Shown here one piece after another: positions 18,015-28,359 of a stretch of DNA of 33,749 nt. Each line of letters starts with the position of its first letter. The stretch's first letter is position 1. This DNA comes from a bacterium. GTDB taxonomy: Bacteria; SZUA-182; DTGQ01; JAFGSM01. A program made the translations under genes and the position numbers. The notes under the pieces were generated by a model. That model did no database searches. It saw only the letters and a program-made list of their open reading frames with translations, and was not told where the DNA came from. Location: contig JBLIRO010000054.1 in assembly GCA_049472335.1 (NCBI GenBank), positions 1 through 33,749 on the forward strand, written 5' to 3'.

Positions 18015-19325
18015 ATGTATTCTTTAATGGACAGAATATTTAAATTAAATCAAAACAATACCAATATAAAAACGGAACTGATAGCAGGTTTTACTACATT
18101 TATAACTATGGCTTATATTATTATCGTAAATCCTGCTATTTTAGAAGCAGCAGGTATCCCCAAAAACCCCTCTATGGTTGCGACTATCATTGCTGCGGCA
18201 TTTGGTACTTTAATGATGGGATTATACGCCAATCGCCCTTTTGCCATTGCTCCATATATGGGGGAGAACGCCTTTATAGCCTTTACAGTGGTAAAGGTTC
18301 TGGGTTTTACCTGGGAAGCGGCCCTTGGAGCGGTATTTATTGGTGGAGTCCTTTTTACAATCCTTACCCTTAGCGGGCTTAAAGCCTGGATGGCAAGGGC
18401 TATCCCTTCTTCGTTAAAATACAGCTTTGCGGCGGGAATAGGATTATTCCTGACCCTGATCGGTCTTGGAAAGATGGGATTGGTAGTCGTGGGGATTCCC
18501 GATGCGCCGCTTCATATTGGTAAGATCAATTCACAACCTGTTTTCATTGCTGTTTTAGGATTTATTATAATTGCCGCCTTGTTAACAAGAAAGATCAAGG
18601 GATCAATCCTTATAGGTATCATAATAACAAGCATAATAGCCTTCATAATGAAGATTGCTCCCCTGCCCTCCAGGATTGTCAGCCTTCCGCCAAGCATTAA
18701 ACCCATATTGTTTAAAATTGATCTTAGATCGGCAATATCATGGAAATTTTTCGCCATTATTCTGGTTGTCTTTGTAATGGATTTTGTGGATACAGTTGCA
18801 ACCTTAATCGGTGTATCTGCCAGGGCGCGGATGCTGGACAAGGATGGGAACCTTCCTGAGATTCAAAAAGCAATGCTCAGTGATGCCCTGGCAACTATTA
18901 TAGGAGCCCTCGTCGGGACTACGACTACGGGGACTTATATTGAATCCGCAGCAGGCGTAGAAGAAGGTGGCAGAACAGGTCTTACAGCAGTGACAGTAGC
19001 TGTTTTGTTCTTATTGTCTTTATTTTTTGCACCCCTTTTTACGGCGATACCTCCGATTGCCTATGCCCCCGCTCTTGTAATTGTTGGTCTGCTCATGCTG
19101 GAGGCAATAACTAAGATTGATTTTAAGGACTATACAGAGACAATTCCTGCATTTGCCGTACTTGTTCTTATGAGCTTCACTTTTAATATCGGAATAGGAA
19201 TGACTGCCGGTTTTGTACTGTATCCGTTATTTAAGATCATTGATTCAAGAGCCAAAGAGGTCCATCTGGGGATGTGGATATTTGCCGCATTATCCCTGTT
19301 ATTTTTTATCTTTTTTCCATATTGA
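18015..19325 (+). CDS. NCS2/AzgA-family purine permease
   Basis: TELIAGFTTFITMAYII.VNP, APYMGENAF, TYIESAAGVEEGGRTGLT; polytopic membrane protein. Confidence 0.93.
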   Translation: MYSLMDRIFKLNQNNTNIKTELIAGFTTFITMAYIIIVNPAILEAAGIPKNPSMVATIIAAAFGTLMMGLYANRPFAIAPYMGENAFIAFTVVKVLGFTWEAALGAVFIGGVLFTILTLSGLKAWMARAIPSSLKYSFAAGIGLFLTLIGLGKMGLVVVGIPDAPLHIGKINSQPVFIAVLGFIIIAALLTRKIKGSILIGIIITSIIAFIMKIAPLPSRIVSLPPSIKPILFKIDLRSAISWKFFAIILVVFVMDFVDTVATLIGVSARARMLDKDGNLPEIQKAMLSDALATIIGALVGTTTTGTYIESAAGVEEGGRTGLTAVTVAVLFLLSLFFAPLFTAIPPIAYAPALVIVGLLMLEAITKIDFKDYTETIPAFAVLVLMSFTFNIGIGMTAGFVLYPLFKIIDSRAKEVHLGMWIFAALSLLFFIFFPY

Positions 19326-19359
19326 TTAAGGGATAAAGAAATTAAAGCACAAATAAAAG

Positions 19360-21093
19360 TTAAGGCCCTAATTGTATATTGATATAATATCCTTCATCCA
19401 TCAAAATGGGAAAGATATCTCCGGCAGGATTACCATGTGCCCAATAGGTGAATTTCCAATCCCCCAAAAAAGAATCATAATAAGATATGCTGTATGCATA
19501 ATTCTTCTTAAGTTCCATTAGGAGATCATAGGATGTATATTCCGCCGGACATGAAGGAATACCAATCAGATTCAACCCCTCATGAAGTTCAAGGCAGTCT
19601 TCTTCCCCGGCATATCTATCATATCTATTTATGACTCTTCTCTGTATGTCCTTGTTTGCATATACAACATATCCATCACCCATCTTAATAGGAAAATCTT
19701 CACCCAGAGGTATTCCGTTGAAATCATAATATGCATTTACGTATTTATCAGCATAATTATCATAGTATGCAATAGAGTATATTCTAGGAAATCCCCCCAG
19801 TTCTTCCAGGAGGTCAAATGCTGTGAAATTTGGATCCCCATATTCAAAGGGGTAGCTTATGAGGTTAAGTCCTTCACAAAGGAATATATCATATCCTGGC
19901 CAGACGATTATCTCCAAGACATCAGAGATTAATGACTTCGAATCTGAAACCGTGATACGGATTTCATGAACTCCTATATCAAATTCAGTTGTAGTATATT
20001 CAAAACCGGATGATAAATAGTCCACCCTCCACCCTGAAAAGGCAAAACTTAGCGGATCACCATCCGGATCATAAGCAATGCTGAGAGGGTCGAACATAAT
20101 TATTTCACCTGCAATCACTTCAATAGTAGGGATATCTAATACAGGTGTCCTGTTATGGATTTCCTTTTCCATATATATGATCAATGTTTCCATCCCTCCG
20201 ATTACTCTTACATCAAGTTCTTTATCTTGGTATCCTTCTTTGCTAAACACTAAGGTATATACATCCGGAAATAACTCAATTAAAAATCTTCCAGTTAAAT
20301 GGGTTTTAACTAAATATCCACCAGTGCTGTTTTTTATGCTTACCTTAACCCCTTCTAGTGGCAGATAACTTATACTACTGTCATACACATATCCTATTAC
20401 ATAGACAATAAAAAATTCCGGATTTGGTTCCCCACCATTAGTATAATTTGTCTCATTGTCATCGATAGATTCTTTGGGGAATAAAAAGTCCATGAAAAAT
20501 TTTTCAAATGAAGGATTCCAGGGATAAAATTCCGGGGAAAATGGCATTCCGGAGACCATCAAAGATTCATACCCAGGGAATGGATGGGCACCATCCGTGT
20601 TTGATCCAAAGAGATTAAATATTTGAGATGGTATAAACATTCCAGGATTCGCATTATAAAAAACAATATTATTATGTAGTGTATTGTTATAACCAATAGA
20701 TGAAGATAAAATTAAGGAAGACTTATCTATATATGATAGAGACAGTGGCATCTCATGTACTGTGAAAGATTTGTAAATCTCGGGGACCGGAGGAATCCAT
20801 TCCCTGACTGGATAGGTAAAGAAAGGGAAATAAGTACCCGGTGAATTTGAAAGCGTATTCCTTGTTATGTTAGCAAGGGAAGCTGAATAGATTAAATTAG
20901 AGACAAAGGGTAATTCCTGTTTATTTGAAGTTGATATATAGTTATCGGAGGGGATATCTACATGAAAGAATGGTTGAATATGTGGACCTGAAACTATTGC
21001 ATTGACACTGCTGACTTCTAATAAAAGACCTAAAACCAGAGGAAGGATTAAGAATTTAATGAAAGATGTTTTGTTTTTTAAGGATTTCATCAC
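19360..21093 (-). CDS. Secreted protein with carboxypeptidase-regulatory-like domain, cadherin/Ig-like domain and two C-terminal repeats
   Basis: Signal peptide (..VNA); GYVYD...YTLVFSKEGY; NRTPVL...DPDGDPLSF; two EGLNLI...DLL...FPI...GY repeats. Confidence 0.85.
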   Translation of the reverse strand: MMKSLKNKTSFIKFLILPLVLGLLLEVSSVNAIVSGPHIQPFFHVDIPSDNYISTSNKQELPFVSNLIYSASLANITRNTLSNSPGTYFPFFTYPVREWIPPVPEIYKSFTVHEMPLSLSYIDKSSLILSSSIGYNNTLHNNIVFYNANPGMFIPSQIFNLFGSNTDGAHPFPGYESLMVSGMPFSPEFYPWNPSFEKFFMDFLFPKESIDDNETNYTNGGEPNPEFFIVYVIGYVYDSSISYLPLEGVKVSIKNSTGGYLVKTHLTGRFLIELFPDVYTLVFSKEGYQDKELDVRVIGGMETLIIYMEKEIHNRTPVLDIPTIEVIAGEIIMFDPLSIAYDPDGDPLSFAFSGWRVDYLSSGFEYTTTEFDIGVHEIRITVSDSKSLISDVLEIIVWPGYDIFLCEGLNLISYPFEYGDPNFTAFDLLEELGGFPRIYSIAYYDNYADKYVNAYYDFNGIPLGEDFPIKMGDGYVVYANKDIQRRVINRYDRYAGEEDCLELHEGLNLIGIPSCPAEYTSYDLLMELKKNYAYSISYYDSFLGDWKFTYWAHGNPAGDIFPILMDEGYYINIQLGP

Positions 21094-21571
21094 AATATCT
21101 CCTTTTAATTAGATTGATTAAATATTTATGAGACTTCTGTGATAAGAGGTGAGAACGGGAGATGGCATTTTATGCTTTCTGTTTGATCATGTGATTAACG
21201 GATGCATTTGCAAAATATTTTTTATCCAGATTGATACTATAACTTATATTATTCCAGATCCCTGGCATCCTTAGAGACAGATGCATAACAAATCCTCACA
21301 GTATTATAAGCGTCTGCACAGGCAAGATATCAATCTCTATGACTAAAGACGAATTTTTTACTCTGCCTTTATGCCATATATATAAGGGTACCCCCACACG
21401 ATTAATTCCTCAGGAAATATTAAATTTTTTAAAGCCTGGGCACTATTCATAAGACTAAAGTATTGTCTGAAGGATTTATCATAGTAAAAATGCAAAACCT
21501 TACCACAATCACAAACACAAACAGACATTTTCCTTGATAACTCTCCAAATATGTCGTACATTTATGGAGGC

Positions 21572-21830
21572 ATGTATACAAGATTATTAAAAGTTAGTGA
21601 TTCATTTAGTTTTTTTCTGTTTGGTGCAAGAGGGGCAGGCAAGACTACCTATCTTCAAAATTGCTTTAACTCTCAACACACATAAAAGGCTCATAAGCTC
21701 TCCTAAATTCTACTTTCTGGATCCGGGAATAAAGCGTGCCTTAGATAATACCCTACATTAAGTATAAAAGAAGAAATATAACATAGAATTTTTCCCGTGG
21801 TATGAAGCTTTTGAAGTTATATTTAAATGA
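21572..21830 (+). pseudogene. Collapsed AAA_14/DUF4143-type ATPase remnant
   Basis: GGAGG then MYTRLLK...FLFGARGAGKTT (stop 21683-21685), followed by RLISSPKFYFLDPGIKRAL and NIEFFPWYEAFEVIFK*; absent from the ORF track. Confidence 0.8.
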
Positions 21831-21944
21831 ATTAAAAAATCAAAAGGGACATCCAAGTTGAAATAGTTATATTTCTTCCCATATGGAATTTTGGCGAACT
21901 ACAGTTAAATAAGCTAGAACCGGTTTTTTACTGCACGCCCCTTT

Positions 21945-23102
21945 TCAGCACACAGCAAGATTTTTCAAAGGCTGGACATTATCAATAAGATTAAAGTATT
22001 GTCTGAAAAATTTCTCATAAATGGTGTTTCTCATTTTACAGAACTCACCTCTTTTAGTGATAGCCCCCGCCAATTCCAAATGATAGATAATATCATGCGT
22101 TCTGGAATACCGGATGGAATCACCCTTAAGGATTTTCAGGATCATCTCCTGCAGGAATTCATCCTTCTTTATCCTCTCCAGGGTAGTGAGCAGGTTAATG
22201 TCCCCATCAATGATAATCTGGTCAACCTCCCTTAGATCAGCCGGTGTAATTATTTGACGTCTCTCCCTTTGAAGACGGCTAAGCATCCTCGAGCAGAGCA
22301 GTTGTGTCATATATGGATGCCCATTGGTCTGTTCAAAAAGTTTTTGCACAAAGGTGTCATCCGCTTCCACATCAAGATACCCGAGGATTGGTATGAGCCA
22401 CTGATAGATCTCCGGAAAAGTGAAATCTCTCAGATAGATGACCTTGCTTATATTAAAGGGAGAGGTCTTGCCGTACGTGAGTGAAGCGAGGTCTGCCGAC
22501 CCACACAGGACCATGGTATAGGCCTTGAATCCTGCCACGGACAGCCGCTCGATAAAGATGGAGCGAACCGTCTTGACGAACTCGATCATAATCTCCTGGG
22601 GGATGGCATCTATCTCATCTATCAGGAGGATATACCTTAATCCCTTTTTTTCTTTTGTTTCGAACTGAATGGATTCTTCATGTCCGGGAGGAAACAGTTT
22701 GGCCCTTGCCAATTCAAGGAGAAAATCCTTCAGGTCGAGATTGGTATTGACTGTTTTGTATCGCTCTTTTATTGCGGCAGGCTGAATATGATAGTGATGG
22801 TTTAAGGTAGTGGTGATCTTGCGAACAAGGCTTCTATAAAACTCCTCAGGTTTAATCTGTACGAGGTCCTCCAGGGTCAGGTAAATTACCTGGTAACCAT
22901 TCAGATTTTCTCTGATTTCATGCATCAATTGAAAAAGGAATGTTGTCTTTCCTGTCTGTCTCGGACCCACAAGGGCATAATAGGTCTGATTGCTTACCCC
23001 TTTTATGACCTCGTTTAATTCTTCACGCCTTGTGATGCTTACAAAACTGTCCTGTTCAGGGTCCAAGGGACCTGTAAATTTAAAGGGAATTTCTTTTTCC
23101 AT
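21945..23102 (-). CDS. Stand-alone STAND-like (AAA_35-like) P-loop ATPase
   Basis: GPRQTGKT, LLIDEID, SPFNI, TNGHPYMTQ, RNTIYE motifs; GAGG RBS; 23-bp overlap with the upstream gene. Confidence 0.88.
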   Translation of the reverse strand: MEKEIPFKFTGPLDPEQDSFVSITRREELNEVIKGVSNQTYYALVGPRQTGKTTFLFQLMHEIRENLNGYQVIYLTLEDLVQIKPEEFYRSLVRKITTTLNHHYHIQPAAIKERYKTVNTNLDLKDFLLELARAKLFPPGHEESIQFETKEKKGLRYILLIDEIDAIPQEIMIEFVKTVRSIFIERLSVAGFKAYTMVLCGSADLASLTYGKTSPFNISKVIYLRDFTFPEIYQWLIPILGYLDVEADDTFVQKLFEQTNGHPYMTQLLCSRMLSRLQRERRQIITPADLREVDQIIIDGDINLLTTLERIKKDEFLQEMILKILKGDSIRYSRTHDIIYHLELAGAITKRGEFCKMRNTIYEKFFRQYFNLIDNVQPLKNLAVC

Positions 23103-26100
23103 TGGTTACCTCTCTTATAAGTTGTTTTAATAACAGTTCCTTTTCCATGTTATGTGAAAGGACAAAGGGGAAAAAGGGCAAAGTGAATCTTACCCCGTGT
23201 TTGATCCTTGAAAAAACGGATGCTATGGTCAACCGGTCTAACATCTCCGATAGCTCCTGGATAGACAGGTATATCTGATGGTTGCTCAGTTTTTCATAAA
23301 GCAAAGACGTGGAGATCTCCTGATCACCCGCTGAAATAAGGGTGACCGCCTTGTCCAGGGGGGCAAGATTTGTGAAAAACCGGCTTAAAAGATAATCCTG
23401 AAATTCCGGATCCTTTTTAACCTCTGCCAGATCTGTCGGGTAAATTATTCTTCGTTTCTGGGAGGCAATGAGCTGTATCAACCTTTTACATATGTATTGA
23501 ATAAGGTTTGGAAAGCAGGAGCTGATCTGGCATATTTCTTCTACAATGGCCTTTTCATCCTGGAAACGAATACCCAATTCCCTGATGGGTTCGGTTATCA
23601 ATTGAGCCGCCGCCCTTTTATCCAGCGAGGAAAGTTTGATTATCTCAAGATAATTGAAAAGCGGTGATTTGATATCCTTGGTCCTGATATAAAGCTCATC
23701 ATATCCCGCGACAATCAAGCTGACGTCGTTTTCATTGGATATTGAACGAAATGTTTTGAAAATAAGCTCATTTTGCTCCTTATCAATGGCAAGCAGTGTA
23801 TCGATCTCATCCAGGAAAAAGGCCAGTCTCATCTTTTCCTTTTTACAAAAATCCCTGATGATCCGCTTGAATTCATTGATGCTTTTTATTGTAACCCGAC
23901 TCTCAAGATCGAGCCCGTCTATAATAGCCTGAAAAAATGTCAGGGGATCGCAATAAGTGCTGCAGTCAAGATACAGAGTCTTAACCTTAATATCATGAGA
24001 GATAAGATTCCGGACATTAAGCATCAAAGAGGTCTTACCAAGCTGCCTGGCCCCAATAATGGCAAAACTTTTATGCGACAACTGTCTCATGGTCTTGATC
24101 TCTTCCAGACGTCCGAAAAACATGCTGTCTACCGGTCCCATGGTCTCGTAAGGAGAAAGATCCACGATATCGATGTATTTCAGGACAACATCATCGATCA
24201 GGGTATGGAGATGATTTGGCTCCAGAAGGATACTTTTTATATTTTCCTGATTAAGGAGGACAAGGTCTAATTTGGAATTTGAGGCCAATGATTCAAACAA
24301 AGGAGATTCCTCCAATTCCAGTACCATAAAGGTATTCGGGGCCTCATCCAGATTGGCTATCACCCCGATCAGACCCTGAAAATCCACCTCATCGGGCTTA
24401 GGATTTATCGGGACAGCCAGGATCATGCCTCTGAGCTTCTTTATACGTATGGTGGGTGTATCGAACCGAAAGCAGGTAAGCCTTGGGAATTCCAGGATTT
24501 CCTTAACTGAAAAGCCTAACAGTTCAGCGAAATAACCCACAAAATCATGAAGTGCCGCCTTGTTGATTTCACCCTTACGGTCTATCAATTTAGACCATTT
24601 TTGTGACAGGGTTGCAAGTACATTCCATTGTTTTGATTCAAGGCCGATGGTTTGCAGGAACAGGTCGGTCTGCTTGTTTTGACGGCATGCCCTGTTTTGC
24701 CGGTCAAACAGATGGAGCGGGATCTCCTGTAAGATAGCCCTTGCGTTCTCGCTGATGACCTGGAATGGATTGGTCTTCTTTTTGATCCAATCCCTAAAGA
24801 CAGAGATGGTAAAGGTGTATTGAATATCCTTGTCCGTAACGATCTCGTTCAAGAAGGATTTTCTGGTAAGGGTTTTAAGCACATTGGACAGATGAGAGTT
24901 TGGGATAAGGGGTGCAAACAGGCCAAGGCTCCTATTTATCTCAGAGACCGGTGCCCCGATGGGATTTAATCCGGCCAGAGCGGAGAGCACCACCTTTTCC
25001 AGAGGCAGAGCCGACTCCCAGGGATTCAAAAGCTCTTCCTCGATGGCATCCATAATCCTGGCGTAGAGATTGGTCCAATCTTTGCCCGTCAGGCGGCTTT
25101 TTTTGTTTTCTTCAAGATCGGCCAATATAATATTAAATGCGATCTGCAAATAGTGGGCGTGGCTTCCGGTAATCTCCAAAATCCTGTTGACCACCTCTTC
25201 CTTGTTTTCCAGATTCATTCCCAACTGGCGATACAATTCCTGCTGCACGGCAAATCTATCCACAAAATTCACATCTTTAACAAAGGCATCACTCAGAAAG
25301 ATATTCATGTCCTTTTTTTCAAGATCAAAATTATAGCAGGCAACGGTCATCACAAAACAACATTTGTTGGTATGAATCATATCCTCGAAGATCCGGAAAA
25401 CCTCCTGGCTTATATTTTCCGAGCGGACCTGTGATTGTAATCTGTCAAAATCATCAAGAAGAACAAGCAATATCTTGCCCTCCATATGAGGTACAAGATC
25501 CTTGAAAAAGGTCTTGAAACCCTCCAGGCAGTTATCCATAAATTCCATCTTTGGTAAACAGGAAGGGTATATCCCCTTGCGGGACAAATCCTTTGTAATC
25601 TTTTCAGCAAGATCCCACAGGAATTCCCCCAAACCGCCCAATTTGGCATAGTGAAGATTGATATACACCGGGAGATATCTTTCACCGAGGGCCCCTGAAC
25701 AGATCTGCCAGAGCAGGTTTGTCTTTCCTGAACCCTGATAGCCGACCAGAACCACTTTATTTTTTCTTTCCCTGTTTTCAAGGTTTGCACTGATAAGCTT
25801 CAGTATGTCATTTCTCGGAAAGAAGAGTTTTTTTCTATAGGTCTCGGACAACTCTTTACATTTTCTGATATAAGCATCAACTTCCTGTTGATCAACAAAT
25901 TTATACATATAAACATGATCGTTTCGCATTCCCAAAACAAGCTCTTTCCGGCCATCATGGTCGATATCCGTGCAGAGAAGGGCGGTAACAATTCCAAAGG
26001 ACTCTATAGTGCCGATTTTATTCCCTTTGACATCCAGAATCAGGAGTGAAGGGTCCTGGGCAGCTACCACAATCCTTTTAAAGTCATTGATTTGCGATAT

Positions 26101-28359
26101 CCAGATATTATTGATCGCCTGATCACAGGATTGCTGCCATCTTATATTTCCCAGGTTATTGAGCGCATAAATCCTTCCGTCCCGAGTGCCAATGAGGATA
26201 TCGGTTGTATCCAGCCTCAATGAATTTATGCTCCTTATGTCGCTTTGGAAATCCTTCTCCCAGCGCACGGCCCCCTTTTGATCCAATAAAAACAGACGGC
26301 CATGCAGGGTACTAGCCACTATCTCCGGATGGCCGTCATGATCCATATCTTCAACGAAGATACTTAAAACCCTGGCCCTTGCGTTAAAATGCCACCTTTT
26401 ATTTCCCAGAAGATCAATGGAATAAACGACGCCTTCCTGTGTCCCTATTATCAAACCATCTACCCTTCCCTGGGAATCTTTGTTAGGGTAAAAGTCATTG
26501 ACCTGGTCGTGGAAAAGGAATCTCCCCTTCTCCTCACCACTTTCAGAAAAAAACTGGAAGGCCCCGTTTGCTCCGCAGACCAAAATCTCGGACTGCCCAT
26601 CTCCATCGATATCCTCAATAAAAATCCTTTGGGCGTATGATTCCGTTAACCTGTCCCATTTTAGCCTTCCATGATGATCAAAAAGATATAAATGATTATT
26701 GCGGGATGCCAGAGCAATAACGGAGGTCTTGGCCTGGCCTATGTCACCATAGGTCAACGCGCATACATAACCGTCTGTTTTAAATTTTGAAACAAGATCC
26801 AGTCCCCTGTCTAACAGGACCTGAAAATCTATTAATGCCTCATCGAGGTTTCCAGTAATAAATTCATTCAAAGCAAAATCAAAAAGGTTAATCATGGCCT
26901 TCAGATCTATCTGCTCCCATTCCTGGTTCAAGCACTGCAAATTGTTAAAGATATCACCTCTTTTATTAGGCATCTTAAGGGCCATGGATGACAATCCCTG
27001 AACGATATGATAGCGAACTGCCTCTTCCTGCTCAGAGGTTTCCTTCGCCAGTATATTTACGAAAAGATCCGGGTTGTAGTCAGACAGGGTTGACAGTCCT
27101 CTTACAACGGCTTTCCGGACCAAAGGGGAGGGATCTTTCAACATGGCCCTCAGGCAGGTGACTATCTTCTGGGTGAGAGGGTGGCCATTGGTCAGGGTCA
27201 CCATTTTCTGAACAGCGAATCGGCGGATATATTCATCTTCATCCCTGACCAGATCTTCCAGGACATCCCATTCCTCCCCGCCTTTTTCAAGAATTCTTGT
27301 ATAGGACTTATCGATTTCGTCTACATAATCCCGCCAATCATGCAACATATAGTAATAGACCATCCGGTTGCTCAAACCGGCAAAGAGATTGGAGGATCGG
27401 AGCGATGAAAAAGGGGTGCTGTAGATGCTCCAGACATTATGGTCCGTTTTGTATTTCCATTTAAATTTACCATCCGTATCCAGCACATACACATAATCAT
27501 CCCTGGTGCCTATAATGACTTCAAAACGGTTATCCATATCTATATCGCAACAGTGGATGGAATAAACGGAATCCTTTGTCCTGAATCTCCATTTTTCCCT
27601 GCCATAACTGTTTATTGTATAAATCCCGCAGGAGTCAGAACTTACTATGATTTCATTCTGTCCATCATTATCTATATCCTGGGCGATTACCGCATACAGG
27701 GAGCCCGGCTTTTTAAACCTGCGCAACAACCGTTGCCTCTGATAATCTAAAATTATCACGTCTCCGCAACAGGTAACAGCTATTACGTTATCCCTGTCAT
27801 TTTCTCCCAAATGGGCCACGCATAACCCATTGACCCTGCATCTATCACCACAATAATAGCTCCACTGAATCCCTTCATTATAGCCAATAAAATAGATATA
27901 TCCGTTGAATGAGCCGGCCACGATTAAATCCTGATCATCATCTTTCGCTATGGCCACTGTCCTTACCGGGCCTTCACACGGATAGTCTTTTAAAGGACGC
28001 CCTTTCGAATCCAGGATATAAATAGTATGATCCTTCGATCCTACTATAATTTCTTCAGCTCCATCATTATCCAGGTCAAATGCGCAAAGAGACAAGATTT
28101 CATCCTTGGCACAAAACTTCCAGAGCAATTCCTTATCGATAGACAAGGAGTAAACACAGCAATCCTTTGACCCCACAATTATCTGCTTTTCTTTTTCTCC
28201 GGATTTTATATAATCAACCACACACAGACTGGTTATCTCCTCGCCTGCTTCAAAACGCCAGACAAGATCCAGCTTGATCTCCGCTAGCCGTAATAGATAT
28301 TTCAGACCCTGTCGGGGATTTTTCCTTAGGGAGGCATCATACTCCTTAGGGATGTTCAT
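23080..28359 (-). CDS. 1759-aa protein: FG-GAP/PQQ-like beta-propeller, HEAT, second propeller and two STAND-like ATPase modules
   Basis: Six DxDxD[G/N]..E[I/V/L] loops; HEAT-like DEDEYIRRFAV and DPSPLVRKAVV; GYQGSGKT/LLDDFD; SPY..GPV..MFFGR..E, GARQLGKT/FLDEID; no signal peptide. Confidence 0.9.
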   Translation of the reverse strand: MNIPKEYDASLRKNPRQGLKYLLRLAEIKLDLVWRFEAGEEITSLCVVDYIKSGEKEKQIIVGSKDCCVYSLSIDKELLWKFCAKDEILSLCAFDLDNDGAEEIIVGSKDHTIYILDSKGRPLKDYPCEGPVRTVAIAKDDDQDLIVAGSFNGYIYFIGYNEGIQWSYYCGDRCRVNGLCVAHLGENDRDNVIAVTCCGDVIILDYQRQRLLRRFKKPGSLYAVIAQDIDNDGQNEIIVSSDSCGIYTINSYGREKWRFRTKDSVYSIHCCDIDMDNRFEVIIGTRDDYVYVLDTDGKFKWKYKTDHNVWSIYSTPFSSLRSSNLFAGLSNRMVYYYMLHDWRDYVDEIDKSYTRILEKGGEEWDVLEDLVRDEDEYIRRFAVQKMVTLTNGHPLTQKIVTCLRAMLKDPSPLVRKAVVRGLSTLSDYNPDLFVNILAKETSEQEEAVRYHIVQGLSSMALKMPNKRGDIFNNLQCLNQEWEQIDLKAMINLFDFALNEFITGNLDEALIDFQVLLDRGLDLVSKFKTDGYVCALTYGDIGQAKTSVIALASRNNHLYLFDHHGRLKWDRLTESYAQRIFIEDIDGDGQSEILVCGANGAFQFFSESGEEKGRFLFHDQVNDFYPNKDSQGRVDGLIIGTQEGVVYSIDLLGNKRWHFNARARVLSIFVEDMDHDGHPEIVASTLHGRLFLLDQKGAVRWEKDFQSDIRSINSLRLDTTDILIGTRDGRIYALNNLGNIRWQQSCDQAINNIWISQINDFKRIVVAAQDPSLLILDVKGNKIGTIESFGIVTALLCTDIDHDGRKELVLGMRNDHVYMYKFVDQQEVDAYIRKCKELSETYRKKLFFPRNDILKLISANLENRERKNKVVLVGYQGSGKTNLLWQICSGALGERYLPVYINLHYAKLGGLGEFLWDLAEKITKDLSRKGIYPSCLPKMEFMDNCLEGFKTFFKDLVPHMEGKILLVLLDDFDRLQSQVRSENISQEVFRIFEDMIHTNKCCFVMTVACYNFDLEKKDMNIFLSDAFVKDVNFVDRFAVQQELYRQLGMNLENKEEVVNRILEITGSHAHYLQIAFNIILADLEENKKSRLTGKDWTNLYARIMDAIEEELLNPWESALPLEKVVLSALAGLNPIGAPVSEINRSLGLFAPLIPNSHLSNVLKTLTRKSFLNEIVTDKDIQYTFTISVFRDWIKKKTNPFQVISENARAILQEIPLHLFDRQNRACRQNKQTDLFLQTIGLESKQWNVLATLSQKWSKLIDRKGEINKAALHDFVGYFAELLGFSVKEILEFPRLTCFRFDTPTIRIKKLRGMILAVPINPKPDEVDFQGLIGVIANLDEAPNTFMVLELEESPLFESLASNSKLDLVLLNQENIKSILLEPNHLHTLIDDVVLKYIDIVDLSPYETMGPVDSMFFGRLEEIKTMRQLSHKSFAIIGARQLGKTSLMLNVRNLISHDIKVKTLYLDCSTYCDPLTFFQAIIDGLDLESRVTIKSINEFKRIIRDFCKKEKMRLAFFLDEIDTLLAIDKEQNELIFKTFRSISNENDVSLIVAGYDELYIRTKDIKSPLFNYLEIIKLSSLDKRAAAQLITEPIRELGIRFQDEKAIVEEICQISSCFPNLIQYICKRLIQLIASQKRRIIYPTDLAEVKKDPEFQDYLLSRFFTNLAPLDKAVTLISAGDQEISTSLLYEKLSNHQIYLSIQELSEMLDRLTIASVFSRIKHGVRFTLPFFPFVLSHNMEKELLLKQLIREVTNGKRNSL

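Noticed and set aside
21358..21561. 67-aa minus-strand ORF with CVCDC
   Set aside because: No RBS or family motif; AT-rich intergenic DNA abutting a pseudogene.
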